Of a stretch of 29,035 nucleotides of DNA, positions 16,777 to 28,000 are shown one piece after another. Numbering within the stretch: the stretch's first letter is position 1; each line of letters begins with the position of its first letter. A program made the translations under genes and the position numbers. Below the pieces are notes generated by a model. That model did not search any database. It was not told the origin of the DNA and saw nothing but the letters and a program-made list of their open reading frames with translations. This stretch comes from a virus. Its lineage: Duplodnaviria > Heunggongvirae > Uroviricota > Caudoviricetes. The stretch is taken from IMG/VR virus record IMGVR_UViG_2706794693_000005; one strand, written 5' to 3'.

Positions 16777-17157
16777 ATGGCAAAGGCATGGGATATAGAA
16801 CCGTCAATATTTGCCGGGATGATTGAGGAAGATGTAGGGCTGAAGATTCGCTACATCGCTATGCAGATTCTTACTGCTATTGATATTGCTGCTCCGGTTG
16901 ATACCGGACGTTTCAGAAATAACAACCTGGTGTCGTTACAGCATCCCGATTTTGGTATATCTGATAACGTGGATCCGAACGGTACGATTGCTGTTCAGCG
17001 TGGGATCGGGGTTATTTCGAAAGCTGCAAATTACGGGGTTATTTATATCCAGAATAACCTTCCTTATGCAGAGGCTCTTGAAAACGGTCATTCACAACAA
17101 GCGCCAACTGGCGTGTATGCCAACGCTTTTCATGGTGTTTTACAGGCTTACAAATGA
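16777..17157 (+). CDS. HK97 gp10-like tail/neck component (putative)
   Basis: 126 aa with a DTGRFRNN segment resembling the conserved gp10-family motif; start immediately after upstream stop (TAAATG). Confidence 0.5.
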   Translation: MAKAWDIEPSIFAGMIEEDVGLKIRYIAMQILTAIDIAAPVDTGRFRNNNLVSLQHPDFGISDNVDPNGTIAVQRGIGVISKAANYGVIYIQNNLPYAEALENGHSQQAPTGVYANAFHGVLQAYK

Positions 17158-17546
17158 AGTTTACTGAAATCAGAAATACGGTTATTTCCAGAATGACGGC
17201 ACAGACGATTATTGATGGAAAAGACGTATTGTATCCGAACGGGCCAACGTTCGATCCTTCCGGTAAGTTAATCTGGGCGCGGTTAAGTAATATTCCCGGG
17301 CAGGCTGGAGTTAATGAAATTGGCGCGGGGCCGGTTGTTTATCGCACGGGGATAATCATTATTCAGTTATTTGTCCCCGCAGGTTCTGGTTCAAAACTCA
17401 TTACTGAGACAGCCGATAAATTGCGGGAACTGTTTGAGTTTCAGGATGACGATCGTCTCAGTTACCAGGCTGTTTCCTCAATAGCCGTTGGCGAAAAGAA
17501 TGGCTGGTTCCAGCTTAATCTTCAAATTCCATATCGCGCGCTCTAG
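17154..17546 (+). CDS. tail terminator / tail completion protein (putative)
   Basis: 130 aa, ATGA overlap with upstream gene, immediately upstream of the major tail protein gene. Confidence 0.45.
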   Translation: MKFTEIRNTVISRMTAQTIIDGKDVLYPNGPTFDPSGKLIWARLSNIPGQAGVNEIGAGPVVYRTGIIIIQLFVPAGSGSKLITETADKLRELFEFQDDDRLSYQAVSSIAVGEKNGWFQLNLQIPYRAL

Positions 17547-17572
17547 CGCAATTAATGACATAGGAGGCTCCT

Positions 17573-18535
17573 GTGAGTTCAGGTGCAAAGGTTATCTCGG
17601 CATTTATCCGGGAGACGGTTGCAGGCACTACGCCAGCAAGTGGTGACTGGAGTTTATTAAAACGCACAAGCTGGGGAGTAAAACCCACCCAGAATAAAGG
17701 CGAAAATAATGAGATTGGTGGCTCCCGGATGGCTCAGGGGGCGACGCCTGGCACTGTGGATGTCGGCGGTGATGTTGGTACCAAATTTCGCTGGGGTCAA
17801 CATGATGATTTTCTTGCATCCTGTTTCGGCGCGGAATGGTCAGGCGATTCTCTGACAATGGGGAATGAGCGAATAACATTTTCTCTGGCGACCTATGCGT
17901 CCGATGTCGGAATTGCCTCTGTCGTCAGAGGAGCGCAGGTTGGCTCATGGAAAATGCAGATCCCTAACGACGGCGATATTACAGCGACCGTAACCTTTGC
18001 CGGACTGGACTGGGAATCAAAGGCCGATGATACGAATTTTATCAAAGGCGAACCTGTGGATAGTGCAGGAAAGCTACGTTATTCGTTTAAGGAGGTTTCA
18101 GCAGTAAGCCTGAATGGTGTTGCCGGAGGTAACGGTTTTTGTATCGACAGTTTTGATATTCAGTTCGATAACAAACTCCAGACACAGCGTTGTATCGGGA
18201 CTGGCTCGCCTTATGCAGGAGCAAATATTCCGACTACTTTTACACCGTCCGGTACGGTGACGCTTTCATGGTCTAAAGCCGCGTGGGAAATCTGGAGTAA
18301 AACACTGACTGGAGAAACAGTTCCGTTCAGCTTCACGCTTTCGAATGGAGAGGGGGCATACACTTTCAGTTTCCCGAAGGTTCAGGTGTCAGGTGAATGG
18401 CCTGATGGGGGTAATAGCGACATTATCCAGGTTCAATTGAGCATTACCGCAGCAGATGAAGCACCTACGATAACCAGAAAAAAAAATTCCCCGGCTGCCG
18501 TGATCGCAAAAGCCAGTGCTGAGGCGATTAGTTGA
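17573..18535 (+). CDS. major tail (tube) protein
   Basis: 320 aa, GTG start with AGGAGG SD at 17563-17568. Directly upstream of the chaperone-frameshift and tape-measure genes. Ser/Thr/Gly-rich, beta-rich-looking sequence. Confidence 0.65.
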   Translation: MSSGAKVISAFIRETVAGTTPASGDWSLLKRTSWGVKPTQNKGENNEIGGSRMAQGATPGTVDVGGDVGTKFRWGQHDDFLASCFGAEWSGDSLTMGNERITFSLATYASDVGIASVVRGAQVGSWKMQIPNDGDITATVTFAGLDWESKADDTNFIKGEPVDSAGKLRYSFKEVSAVSLNGVAGGNGFCIDSFDIQFDNKLQTQRCIGTGSPYAGANIPTTFTPSGTVTLSWSKAAWEIWSKTLTGETVPFSFTLSNGEGAYTFSFPKVQVSGEWPDGGNSDIIQVQLSITAADEAPTITRKKNSPAAVIAKASAEAIS

Positions 18536-18583
18536 TTTTCCGTTATTCCTCCTGTGGTACTGCCCTACAGGGGGACGCATTGA

Positions 18584-19045
18584 ATGAGGTTATGGATGTT
18601 TATTCTTAATCAGAAAATTATCATTGGTGGAGAACGCTGGTTTACGCCAATGAAGGACTTAAAACCTGTAGACGGGTTAAAACTGTTGGTGGCAAGCAGC
18701 GATAACGATCAGTATCGCTCCCGTAATGCATTAATCCGTCGCCACATTGAGAAAATGGATGCCAGTTTGCACGTCGGAACGAAGGAGTTTGATATTTCAA
18801 AGGTTTCCGAGGTGGATTCTGTTGATGATTTACTCATTGATAATGCCGCTCGTTATCTGCTGAAAGACTGGAAAGGGGTTGGTGAACTGGTTAATGGTGT
18901 TGAGGTTGCACTGGAATATACGGCAGAACGAGGGATCGCGCTGCTTAAGCAGAATCCAGAGTTGTACTGGCAGATCCTTGCAGAAGCAGCCAGCATCGCC
19001 CAGGGTAAAGAGCAGCAGAAGCAGGATACGATAAAAAAGCCATAG
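18584..19045 (+). CDS. tail assembly chaperone (gpG-like)
   Basis: 153 aa between the major tail and tape-measure genes; ends just after an A-AAA-AAG slippery heptamer. Start codon uncertain (18584, 18596 or 18650). Confidence 0.65.
   Translation: MRLWMFILNQKIIIGGERWFTPMKDLKPVDGLKLLVASSDNDQYRSRNALIRRHIEKMDASLHVGTKEFDISKVSEVDSVDDLLIDNAARYLLKDWKGVGELVNGVEVALEYTAERGIALLKQNPELYWQILAEAASIAQGKEQQKQDTIKKP
19033..19039 (+). other. -1 programmed ribosomal frameshift slippery heptamer A-AAA-AAG
   Basis: AAA-AAG are in-frame codons of the chaperone ORF (19034 is a codon start counted from 18584), three codons before its stop. Classic dnaX-type slippery sequence. Confidence 0.6.
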
Positions 19046-19353
19046 CTGCCCAGCGGTGGTTATCGGAGTTCGGGGGAGAAAGGGGGGAAAAGGCAAGATG
19101 GAAGCGAGAAAAACTCAGGTTGCCACCGATACCGGAACCAGAAATAGACCCGGTGCTTAAGGAGTTGTTGTACGCCTATTCGGTAATATCCCGTGCCCGA
19201 CGTTATGCTGGAATGGCTGGGGTGCCTTTGCCTTTATCTCTGACAGAGATAAATGAATATTTAGCCACTCATCCGGTATTGATTGAGCGCGATGAATTTG
19301 AAGCAGTGATCTTTGCACTGGATGACCAGTATTTTCAGGAGCAGTGTGTGTAG
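19039..19353 (+). CDS. gpT-like extension expressed as G-T fusion by -1 programmed frameshift
   Basis: The -1 frame relative to G is open from the slippery site A-AAA-AAG (19033-19039) through 19353 (...AIAAQRWLSEFGGERGEKARWKREKLRLPPIPEPEIDPVLKELL...). It has no credible independent start; the track begins it at a TTG at 19120. Confidence 0.55.
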   Translation, partial: AIAAQRWLSEFGGERGEKARWKREKLRLPPIPEPEIDPVLKELLYAYSVISRARRYAGMAGVPLPLSLTEINEYLATHPVLIERDEFEAVIFALDDQYFQEQCV

Positions 19354-19473
19354 TTGTTAATTACGTACACTCTGTTACAGAGATGTGATGGTGTCTTTAA
19401 TTAAATCGATGATGCTCCTGGAGAAAAGCATTGCGTGGCCTCGTAATCGCTATATCTACTATTATGTCGCCTG

Positions 19474-19498
19474 AAACCCACTTCGCGGTGGGTTTTTT
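19474..19498 (+). terminator. stem-loop plus U-run upstream of tape-measure gene
   Basis: aaacccac-ttcgcg-gtgggttt followed by TTTTTT, inside a 165-nt non-coding gap between the frameshift chaperone and tape-measure genes. Confidence 0.4.
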
Positions 19499-19518
19499 GT
19501 TGTCAGGAGTTTTAATAA

Positions 19519-22500
19519 ATGGCAGAGCAAACCTCGCGTCTCGCAATAATTATTGATAGCACTGGAGCGAAAAATAATGCTGACAATCTGACCTCCTCAT
19601 TAGTCAAAATGACGCAGGCTGGGGAAACTGCTGCAAATAGCGCAGGGAAAGTGACTAAGGCAACAGAAGATGAGAAGAACGCGCTCGCAAAATTAAAAGC
19701 AGCTATTGATCCAGTTGGTGCCGCAATTGATACTGTCGGTCGACGCTATTCTGAATTAAAGAAATTTTTCGATAAAGGGCTTATTGATAAAGAAGAATAT
19801 GAATTTCTTGTCCGTAAACTTAATGAAACCACAGAGGAATTGAGCGGGGTTGCGCAAGCGCAGAGAGAAGCCGAGAAGGCCGGAAAACTTGCTGCCGCCC
19901 AGCAGGAAGCGCAGGCTCAGGCCTTTCAAAGAATGCTGGACAAGATCGACCCTCTGGCTGCGGCGCTAAGAAATCTTGAACAACAGCATGATGAACTTAA
20001 TGCTGCGTTTGCATCCGGGAAAATAAATGGTTCTCAGTTTGAGAATTATAGCCGAAAAATACAGGAAACACGGCGAGAGCTTACCGGAGAGGCTCAGGCA
20101 GAGCGAGAAGCAGCAAAAGCGCATGATGAACAGGTTGTTGCTTTGCAACGTCTGATTGCTCAACTTGATCCTGTCGGAACTGCTTTTAATCGTCTGGTAG
20201 AACAACAGAAACAGCTCAATGAAGCAAAAGCTAAGGGGATGCTTTCTCCTGAAATGTATGAGGAGCTTTCTGGAAAACTTCGTGCTATGCGGAGTGAGCT
20301 TGAGGTTACTCAATCACAATTAAGCAAAACCGGAATGTCGGCAAAACAAACGGCTTTTGCTATGCGCATGTTGCCTGTACAAATGACGGATATTGTTGTT
20401 GGGTTGTCCACTGGTCAGTCGCCATTTATGGTGTTAATGCAGCAGGGCGGCCAGCTAAAAGATATGTTCGGTGGGATTGGCCCGGCGATCAAAGGTGTAG
20501 GTTCTTATGTGCTGGGATTAATTAATCCTTTTACCCTGGCCGCAGCAGCCGTTGGGGTCTTAGGACTGGCTTACTATAAAGGCTCTCAGGAGCAGGACGA
20601 ATTTAATAAATCTCTTATTCTTACCGGAAATCAGTTGGGGACAACCAGCGGGCAATTGGGCGATATAGCTCAACGTGCCGGGAATGCGGCTGATTCGACA
20701 ACTGGTGCTGCGGCGGCAGTATTAAATCAGCTTGTGCGTTCGGGAAAGGTAGCGAGCAGTTCGCTGGAGCAAGTGACGACAGCGATAGTAAAAACGAGCG
20801 AAGTAACAGGAATATCAACCGAACAACTGGTTAATGACTTCAATGAAATTGCAAAGGATCCTGTCAGTGCCATATCAAAACTTAATGATCAGTACCATTT
20901 TCTGACACTTGCGACTTATAACCAGATTAAGGCGCTACAGGATGAAGGGAACCAGCAGGAGGCCGCCCGCATTGCGACAGAAGAATACTCATCCTCAATG
21001 ATCCAGCGCACCAACCAGATTAAAGAAAATCTTGGTTATCTTGAGACTGCATGGAAAGCTGTCGCAGACTCCGCAAAATGGGCATGGGATTCCATGCTGG
21101 ATATTGGCCGTGAGGCCTCCCTTGATCAAAAAATCTCAGATGTTCTCCGTCAAATTGATGAAATAGAAAAAAATACCCGACCCGGAGTTTTCGGGTTAGG
21201 TGGCATTGGAGATGGCGGAGCTCAAAATAAAAGGCTGGCACGATTAAAGCAGCAATTGGGCGTACTTCAAGCAGAAAAAATTGCTCAGGACGTACTAAAT
21301 TCATCAATAAACGATTACAACAAGCGACAACAGGAAGGAATTGAACTCAGACAGAGAGCAGATGCCTTTTCAAAACAATATCAGACCCGGGAGCAGCAGA
21401 GAGCTAGTGAACTTGCAAAACTGGAAAAGCTAAAGAATCAGTATTCAAAGGAAGAATATAATAATCTTATCGCTCAAATAAATGAGCGTTATAAAGATCC
21501 AAAGCAACCAAAGGCGAAAGGTTATTCTGATGATGCAGCCCAACGAATGATTGATCATCTGAATCAACAGAATGCGTTACTAAGTTCACAAGCTGAGTTG
21601 ACCGTTAAATTAAGTTCCTCTGAACAGGAACTGGTTAAGTGGCGTCAGCGGATTGCCGACCTAGAGTCACGACCATCATCGAAATTAACCCAGGATCAGA
21701 AATCGCTTCTCTTACACCGGGAAGAAATAACCACGTTGATGGAGAAAAATGTTGCGATTGAAAAAAATAACAGGCTAATCAAGGAATCCGCCGAAATAAC
21801 AGCATGGCGTGATTCATTGCAGGCTTCGATTGATAATCGTCAGCAGGGGTATGATATTCAGATTGCTGGTTATGGGGTTGGCGATAAAAATCAGCAACGC
21901 CAGCAGGAATTACTGCGGATTGAACATGGATATAACAATCAGCGTCTGCAACTTGAACGTGACTATGCAGATAAATCCCGTGGAATGTCAGATCATGTTT
22001 TTCAAGAGAAAATGCAGGCTCTGAATGATGCTCTGGAACGGGAAAAAGAAATTGTCAGACAGAAAAACGAGCAGCTCGATATTCAGGCAGGAGACTGGGT
22101 TAGTGGTGCCTCCCAGGGATTCAATAACTGGCTGGATGACACTAAGGATATCAGTGAGCAGATAAAATCAACCACGACTCAGATGTTTGATGGGATGACC
22201 GATGCGCTGGGTGATTTTGTCACGACAGGCAAGGCAAATTTTCGTTCTTTCGCTACTTCCGTGATTTCGGATCTTAGTCGAATAGCATTAAAGGCTTCAA
22301 TTACTGGGATTTTCGACAGCATTAGTAACAGTTCTTCTGGGGGGATTTTAGGAACTATCGGGAGTGCTATTAGTAAATTTATTCCGAATGCAAAGGGCGG
22401 TGTTTATGAGTCTCCGTCATTGAGCACGTATTCGAACGGTATTTATGATTCCCCGCAATTTTTTGCTTTTGCAAAAGGGGCTGGTGTTTTTGGTGAGGCT

Positions 22501-22752
22501 GGACCGGAAGCCATTATGCCATTAACACGAACTTCCGATGGTTCTCTTGGTGTCAGAGCTATTAATAGTAAAAGTGGTAATGGAGGCGGAGATATTACCT
22601 ATGCCCCTGTATACCAAATCACTATTCAAAATGACGGCCAGAATGGAGAGATTGGCCCTCAGGCAATAAAAGCACTTATGGGGATGGTTGATCAGCGGGT
22701 GCAGGGCAATCTGTTAAATATGCGACGTGATGGGGGAATGTTAAGTGGCTAA
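19519..22752 (+). CDS. tail tape measure protein
   Basis: 1077 aa; long coiled-coil-rich N-terminal two-thirds, hydrophobic Gly-rich segment ([49 protein letters not shown]), then a C-terminal domain. Lies between the chaperone and gpM. CAGGAG SD. Confidence 0.9.
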   Translation: MAEQTSRLAIIIDSTGAKNNADNLTSSLVKMTQAGETAANSAGKVTKATEDEKNALAKLKAAIDPVGAAIDTVGRRYSELKKFFDKGLIDKEEYEFLVRKLNETTEELSGVAQAQREAEKAGKLAAAQQEAQAQAFQRMLDKIDPLAAALRNLEQQHDELNAAFASGKINGSQFENYSRKIQETRRELTGEAQAEREAAKAHDEQVVALQRLIAQLDPVGTAFNRLVEQQKQLNEAKAKGMLSPEMYEELSGKLRAMRSELEVTQSQLSKTGMSAKQTAFAMRMLPVQMTDIVVGLSTGQSPFMVLMQQGGQLKDMFGGIGPAIKGVGSYVLGLINPFTLAAAAVGVLGLAYYKGSQEQDEFNKSLILTGNQLGTTSGQLGDIAQRAGNAADSTTGAAAAVLNQLVRSGKVASSSLEQVTTAIVKTSEVTGISTEQLVNDFNEIAKDPVSAISKLNDQYHFLTLATYNQIKALQDEGNQQEAARIATEEYSSSMIQRTNQIKENLGYLETAWKAVADSAKWAWDSMLDIGREASLDQKISDVLRQIDEIEKNTRPGVFGLGGIGDGGAQNKRLARLKQQLGVLQAEKIAQDVLNSSINDYNKRQQEGIELRQRADAFSKQYQTREQQRASELAKLEKLKNQYSKEEYNNLIAQINERYKDPKQPKAKGYSDDAAQRMIDHLNQQNALLSSQAELTVKLSSSEQELVKWRQRIADLESRPSSKLTQDQKSLLLHREEITTLMEKNVAIEKNNRLIKESAEITAWRDSLQASIDNRQQGYDIQIAGYGVGDKNQQRQQELLRIEHGYNNQRLQLERDYADKSRGMSDHVFQEKMQALNDALEREKEIVRQKNEQLDIQAGDWVSGASQGFNNWLDDTKDISEQIKSTTTQMFDGMTDALGDFVTTGKANFRSFATSVISDLSRIALKASITGIFDSISNSSSGGILGTIGSAISKFIPNAKGGVYESPSLSTYSNGIYDSPQFFAFAKGAGVFGEAGPEAIMPLTRTSDGSLGVRAINSKSGNGGGDITYAPVYQITIQNDGQNGEIGPQAIKALMGMVDQRVQGNLLNMRRDGGMLSG

Positions 22753-23083
22753 TACGGAAGAATTTCACTGGTTACCAGAGGATGGAATGAAAACAGAAAA
22801 TAAACCATCGATAAAAACTGTAAGATTTGGTGATGGTTATGAGCAACGAAGTCCAAATGGACTTAATCATTCTCTGCGCGTTTTCACCTGTGATTTCAAA
22901 GTTGAGGCGAATGAACGTGATTCATTTGAAAAATTTTTAGCCCGGCATGAAGGCTATAAATCTTTTTTTTGGCGCCCGCCGGGTATTAACAGAAAAATCA
23001 GAGTGGTGTGTCGAACGTGGTCAGCGACAGAACATATCACCTATACCGATTTTTCGTGTCAGTTTGACGAAGTGGTGATCTGA
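22745..23083 (+). CDS. M: minor tail protein M (lambda gpM family)
   Basis: 112 aa, size and position as lambda gpM; start overlaps tape-measure stop, stop overlaps L start (TGATG). Confidence 0.8.
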   Translation: MANTEEFHWLPEDGMKTENKPSIKTVRFGDGYEQRSPNGLNHSLRVFTCDFKVEANERDSFEKFLARHEGYKSFFWRPPGINRKIRVVCRTWSATEHITYTDFSCQFDEVVI

Positions 23084-23781
23084 TGCAGGACATACAACAG
23101 GAAACGCTGAATGAATGCATTCGTGCGGAGCAGTCGGCCAGCGTGGTGCTCTGGGAAATCGACCTGACCGAGGTAGGCGGGGATCGCTACTTTTTCTGCA
23201 ATGAGCAGAACGAGAAAGGAGAGTCTGTCACCTGGCAGAGTCGGCAGTATCAGGCCTATCCCATTCAGGGGAGTGGATTTGAGATGAACGGCAAAGGTGC
23301 CAGTGCAAGGCCAACGCTGAAAGTCTCTAATCTGCACGGCATGGTCACCGGGATGGCGGAAGACCTGCAGAGTCTGGTCGGCGGAACGGTGGTCAGGCGT
23401 AAGGTTTACGCCCGTTTTCTGGATGCGGTGAACTTCGTCAACGGAAACAGTGACGCCGATCCGGAGCAGGAGGTGATCAGCCGCTGGCGTATTGAGCAGT
23501 GCAGCGAACTGAGCGCGGTCAGTGCCTCCTTTGTACTGTCCACGCCGACGGAAACGGACGGCGCTGTTTTTCCGGGGCGCATCATGCTTGCTAATACCTG
23601 CACCTGGACCTATCGCGGTGATGAGTGCGGTTATCACGGTCCGGCTGTCGCGGATGAATATGACCAGCNNNNNNNNNNNNNNNNNNNNNNNNNNNNNNNN
23701 NNNNNNNNNNNNNNNNNNNNNNNNNNNNNNNNNNNNNNNNNNNNNNNNNNNNNNNNNNNNNNNNNNNNNNNNNNNNNNNNN
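23083..23781 (+). CDS. L: minor tail protein L (lambda gpL family), 3' end hidden in N block
   Basis: Visible 195 aa ([33 protein letters not shown]...ANTCTWTYRGDECGYHGPAVADEYDQ) near-identical to recalled lambda gpL, including the C-terminal Cys cluster region. End coordinate estimated from lambda L length (232 aa). Confidence 0.85.
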
Positions 23782-23882
23782 NNNNNNNNNNNNNNNNNNN
23801 NNNNNNNNNNNNNNNNNNNNNNNNNNNNNNNNNNNNNNNNNNNNNNNNNNNNNNNNNNNNNNNNCCGGAGGAGTATTTCCGG

Positions 23883-24482
23883 ATGGCTCCGGAGGACTGG
23901 CTGCAGGCAGAGATGCAGGGTGAGATTGTGGCGCTGGTCCACAGCCACCCCGGTGGTCTGCCCTGGCTGAGTGAGGCCGACCGGCGGCTGCAGGTGCAGA
24001 GTGATTTGTCGTGGTGGCTGGTCTGCCGCGGGGCGATTCACAAGTTCCGCTGTGTGCCGCATCTCACCGGGCGGCGCTTTGAGCACGGGGTGACGGACTG
24101 TTACACGCTGTTCCGGGACGCTTACCATCTGGCGGGAATTGAGATGCCAGATTTTCATCGTGAGGACGACTGGTGGCGTAATGGTCAGAATCTCTATCTG
24201 GATAATCTGGAGGCTACAGGGCTGTATCAGGTGCCGTTGTCAACGGCGCAGCCGGGCGATGTGCTGCTGTGCTGTTTTGGTTCATCGGTGCCGAATCATG
24301 CCGCCATTTACTGTGGTGACGGCGAGCTGCTGCACCATATTCCTGAACAACTGAGCAAACGAGAGAGGTATACCGACAAATGGCAGCGACGCACACACTC
24401 CCTCTGGCGTCACCGGGCATGGCACGCATCTGCCTTTACGGGGATTTGCAGCGATTTGGCCGCCGCATCGACCTTCGTGTGA
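23883..24482 (+). CDS. K: tail tip assembly protein K (MPN/JAMM plus NlpC/P60-like)
   Basis: HSHPGGLPWLSEADRR (HxH...S..D JAMM-type motif) and downstream Cys/His residues; near-identical to recalled lambda gpK. The frame is open upstream into the N block, so the start could be earlier. 3' end overlaps gene I by 103 nt, as in lambda. Confidence 0.8.
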   Translation: MAPEDWLQAEMQGEIVALVHSHPGGLPWLSEADRRLQVQSDLSWWLVCRGAIHKFRCVPHLTGRRFEHGVTDCYTLFRDAYHLAGIEMPDFHREDDWWRNGQNLYLDNLEATGLYQVPLSTAQPGDVLLCCFGSSVPNHAAIYCGDGELLHHIPEQLSKRERYTDKWQRRTHSLWRHRAWHASAFTGICSDLAAASTFV

Positions 24483-25027
24483 AAACGGGGGCCGAAGCCA
24501 TCCGGGCACTGGCCACACAGCTCCCGGCATTTCGTCAGAAACTGAGCGACGGCTGGTATCAGGTGCGCATTGCCGGGCGTGATGCAGGCGAAAATGAATT
24601 ATCTGCCCGTCTTAATGAACCGCTGGCAAATGGTGCCGTGATCCACATCGTTCCGCGTCTGGCGGGTGCCAAAAGTGGCGGTGTGTTTCAGGCGGTGCTG
24701 GGTGCGGCGCTGATTGCGGTGGCATGGTGGAACCCTGTGGGCTGGCTGGGGGCCGCGGCTGTATCGGGTATGTATGCAGCAGGGGCCAGTATGATCCTGG
24801 GTGGTGTGGCGCAGATGCTGGCACCGAAAGCCAGGACGCCCACGGCAGCCAGTACAGATAACGGCAAACAGAACACGTATTTCTCGTCACTGGATAACAT
24901 GGTTGCCCAGGGTAATGTTCTGCCTGTTCTGTACGGGGAAATGCGCGTGGGGTCACGTGTGGTTTCTCAGGAGATCAGCACGGCAGACGAAGGGGATGGT
25001 GGTCAGGTTGTGGTGATTGGTCGCTGA
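24380..25027 (+). CDS. I: tail tip assembly protein I
   Basis: 215 aa beginning MAATHTLPLASPGMARICLYGDLQRFGRRIDLRVKTGAEAIRALATQLPAF and ending NVLPVLYGEMRVGSRVVSQEISTADEGDGGQVVVIGR; matches recalled lambda gpI. Confidence 0.85.
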   Translation: MAATHTLPLASPGMARICLYGDLQRFGRRIDLRVKTGAEAIRALATQLPAFRQKLSDGWYQVRIAGRDAGENELSARLNEPLANGAVIHIVPRLAGAKSGGVFQAVLGAALIAVAWWNPVGWLGAAAVSGMYAAGASMILGGVAQMLAPKARTPTAASTDNGKQNTYFSSLDNMVAQGNVLPVLYGEMRVGSRVVSQEISTADEGDGGQVVVIGR

Positions 25028-25045
25028 TGCAAAATGTTTTATGAG

Positions 25046-25073
25046 AAACCGCCTGCGGGCGGTTTTGTCGTTT
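25046..25073 (+). terminator. stem-loop plus U-rich tract between I and J
   Basis: aaccgcc-tgcg-ggcggtt followed by TTTTGTCGTTT; 15 nt upstream of the J start. Confidence 0.35.
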
Positions 25074-25087
25074 ATGGAGCGTGAGGA

Positions 25088-28000
25088 ATGGGTAAAGGCA
25101 GCAGTAAGGGGCATACCCCGCGCGAAGCGAAGGACAACCTGAAGTCCACGCAGCTGCTGAGTGTGATCGATGCCATCAGTGAAGGGCCGGTTGAAGGTCC
25201 GGTGGATGGATTAAAAAGCGTGCTGCTGAACAGTACGCCGGTGCTGGACAGTGAGGGGAATACCAACATCTCCGGCGTCACGGTGGTGTTCCGGGCAGGT
25301 GAGCAGGAGCAGTCACCGCCGGAGGGATTTGAATCCTCCGGCTCCGAGACGGTGCTGGGTACGGAAGTGAAATATGACACGCCGATCACCCGGACCATCA
25401 CGTCGGCAAACATTGACCGACTGCGTTTTACCTTCGGTGTACAGGCACTGGTGGAAACCACCTCAAAGGGAGACAGGAATCCGTCTGAAGTTCGCCTGCT
25501 GGTTCAGATACAGCGTAACGGTGGCTGGGTGACGGAAAAAGACATCACCATTAAGGGCAAAACCACCTCGCAGTATCTGGCCTCGGTGGTGGTGGATAAC
25601 CTGCCGCCGCGCCCGTTTAATATCCGGATGCGCAGAATGACGCCGGACAGCACCACAGACCAGCTGCAGAACAAAACGCTCTGGTCGTCATACACCGAAA
25701 TCATCGATGTGAAACAGTGCTACCCGAACACGGCACTGGTCGGCGTACAGGTGGATTCGGAGCAGTTCGGCAGCCAGCAGGTGAGCCGTAATTATCATCT
25801 TCGCGGGCGCATTCTGCAGGTGCCGTCGAACTATAATCCGCAGACGCGGCAATACAGCGGTATCTGGGACGGAACGTTAAAACCGGCATACAGCAACAAC
25901 ATGGCCTGGTGTCTGTGGGATATGCTGACCCATCCGCGCTATGGCATGGGGAAACGTCTTGGTGCGGCAGATGTGGATAAATGGGCGCTGTATGTCATCG
26001 GCCAGTACTGTGACCAGTCGGTGCCGGACGGCTTTGGCAGCACGGAGCCGCGCATCACCTGTAATGCCTGGCTGACCACACAGCGCAAGGCGTGGGATGT
26101 GCTCAGTGATTTCTGCTCGGCGATGCGCTGTATGCCGGTATGGAACGGGCAGACGCTGACGTTCGTGCAGGACCGACAGTCGGATAAGGTGTGGGCCTAT
26201 AACCGCAGTAATGTGGTGATGCCGGATGATGGCGCGCCGTTCCGCTACAGTTTCAGCGCCCTGAAAGACCGCCATAATGCCGTTGAGGTGAACTGGATTG
26301 ACCCGGATAACGGCTGGGAGACGGCGACAGAGCTTGTGGAGGATACGCAGGCCATTGTCCGTTACGGTCGTAACGTCACGAAGATGGATGCCTTTGGCTG
26401 TACCAGCCGGGGGCAGGCACACCGCGCCGGGCTGTGGCTGATTAAAACGGAACTGCTGGAGACGCAGACCGTGGATTTCAGCGTGGGTGCTGAAGGGCTT
26501 CGTCATGTACCGGGCGATGTCATTGAAATCTGCGATGATGACTATGCCGGTATCCGCACCGGCGGGCGCGTGCTGGCGGTGAACAGCCAGACCCGGACGC
26601 TGACGCTCGACCGTGAAATCACGCTGCCATCCTCCGGCACCACGCTGATAAGCCTGGTTGACGGGCAGGGGAATCCGGTCAGCGTGGAGGTCCAGTCCGT
26701 CACCGACGGCGTGAAGGTAAAAGTGAGCCGTGTTCCTGACGGTGTTGCTGAATACAGCGTGTGGGGGCTGAAGCTGCCGACGCTGCACCAGCGATTGTTC
26801 CGCTGCGTGAGTATCCGTGAGAACGACGACGGCACGTATGCCATCACCGCCGTGCAGCATGTGCCGGAAAAAGAAGCCATCGTGGATAACGGGGCGCACT
26901 TTGACGGCGACCAGAGCGGCACGGTGAATGGTGTCACGCCGCCAGCGGTGCAGCACCTGACTGCCGAAGTCACCGCAGACAGCGGGGAATATCAGGTGCT
27001 GGCGCGCTGGGACACGCCGAAGGTGGTGAAGGGCGTGAGCTTCCTGCTCCGTCTGACCGTAACAGCGGATGACGGCAGTGAGCGGCTGGTCAGCACGGCC
27101 CGGACGACGGAAACCACTTACCGCTTCACACAACTGGCGCTGGGGAACTACAGGCTGACAGTCCGGGCAGTAAATGCGTGGGGGCAGCAGGGCGATCCGG
27201 CGTCGGTATCGTTCCGGATTGCCGCACCGGCAGCGCTGTCGCGGATTGAGCTGACGCCGGGCTATTTTCAGATAACCGCCACGCCGCATCTTGCGGTTTA
27301 TGATCCGACGGTACAGTTTGAGTTCTGGTTCTCGGAAAAGCGGATTGCGGATATCAGGCAGGTTGAAACCACAGCACGCTATCTTGGCACGGCGCTGTAC
27401 TGGATAGCCGCCAGTATCAATATCAAACCGGGCCATGATTATTACTTTTATATCCGCAGTGTGAACACCGTTGGCAAATCGGCATTCGTGGAGGCTGTTG
27501 GTCAGCCGAGTGATGATGCATCCGGTTATCTGGATTTTTTCAAAGGCGAGATAGGGAAAACCCATCTGGCTCAGGAGCTGTGGACGCAGATTGATAACGG
27601 TCAGCTTGCGCCTGACCTGGCTGAAATCAGGACGTCCATTACGGATGTCAGCAATGAAATCACGCAGACCGTCAATAAGAAACTGGAAGACCAGAGTGCG
27701 GCAATTCAGCAGATACAGAAGGTTCAGGTTGATACAAATAATAACCTGAACAGCATGTGGGCTGTGAAGCTGCAGCAGATGCAGGACGGACGCCTTTATA
27801 TCGCGGGTATTGGTGCCGGTATTGAGAACACCCCTGACGGCATGCAGAGTCAGGTGCTGCTGGCGGCGGACAGGATTGCGATGGTTAATCCTGCGAATGG
27901 CAACACAAAACCGATGTTTGTTGGTCAGGGCGATCAGATATTCATGAACGACGTGTTCCTGAAACGCCTGACGGCCCCCACCATTACCAGCGGTGGAAAT

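Noticed and set aside
19966-22024. Minus-strand and alternative-frame ORFs inside the tape-measure gene (19966..20313, 20621..20818, 21020..21307, 21809..22024)
   Set aside because: All lie within the continuous 1077-codon tape-measure frame; short, no SD, low-complexity products.
25877-27565. 562-aa ORF on the minus strand inside J (and nested 26542-26973 ORF)
   Set aside because: Lies antisense to a continuous, homology-supported J reading frame in GC-rich DNA where long spurious antisense ORFs are common; Arg/Pro/His-rich, low-complexity translation; no SD or promoter context.
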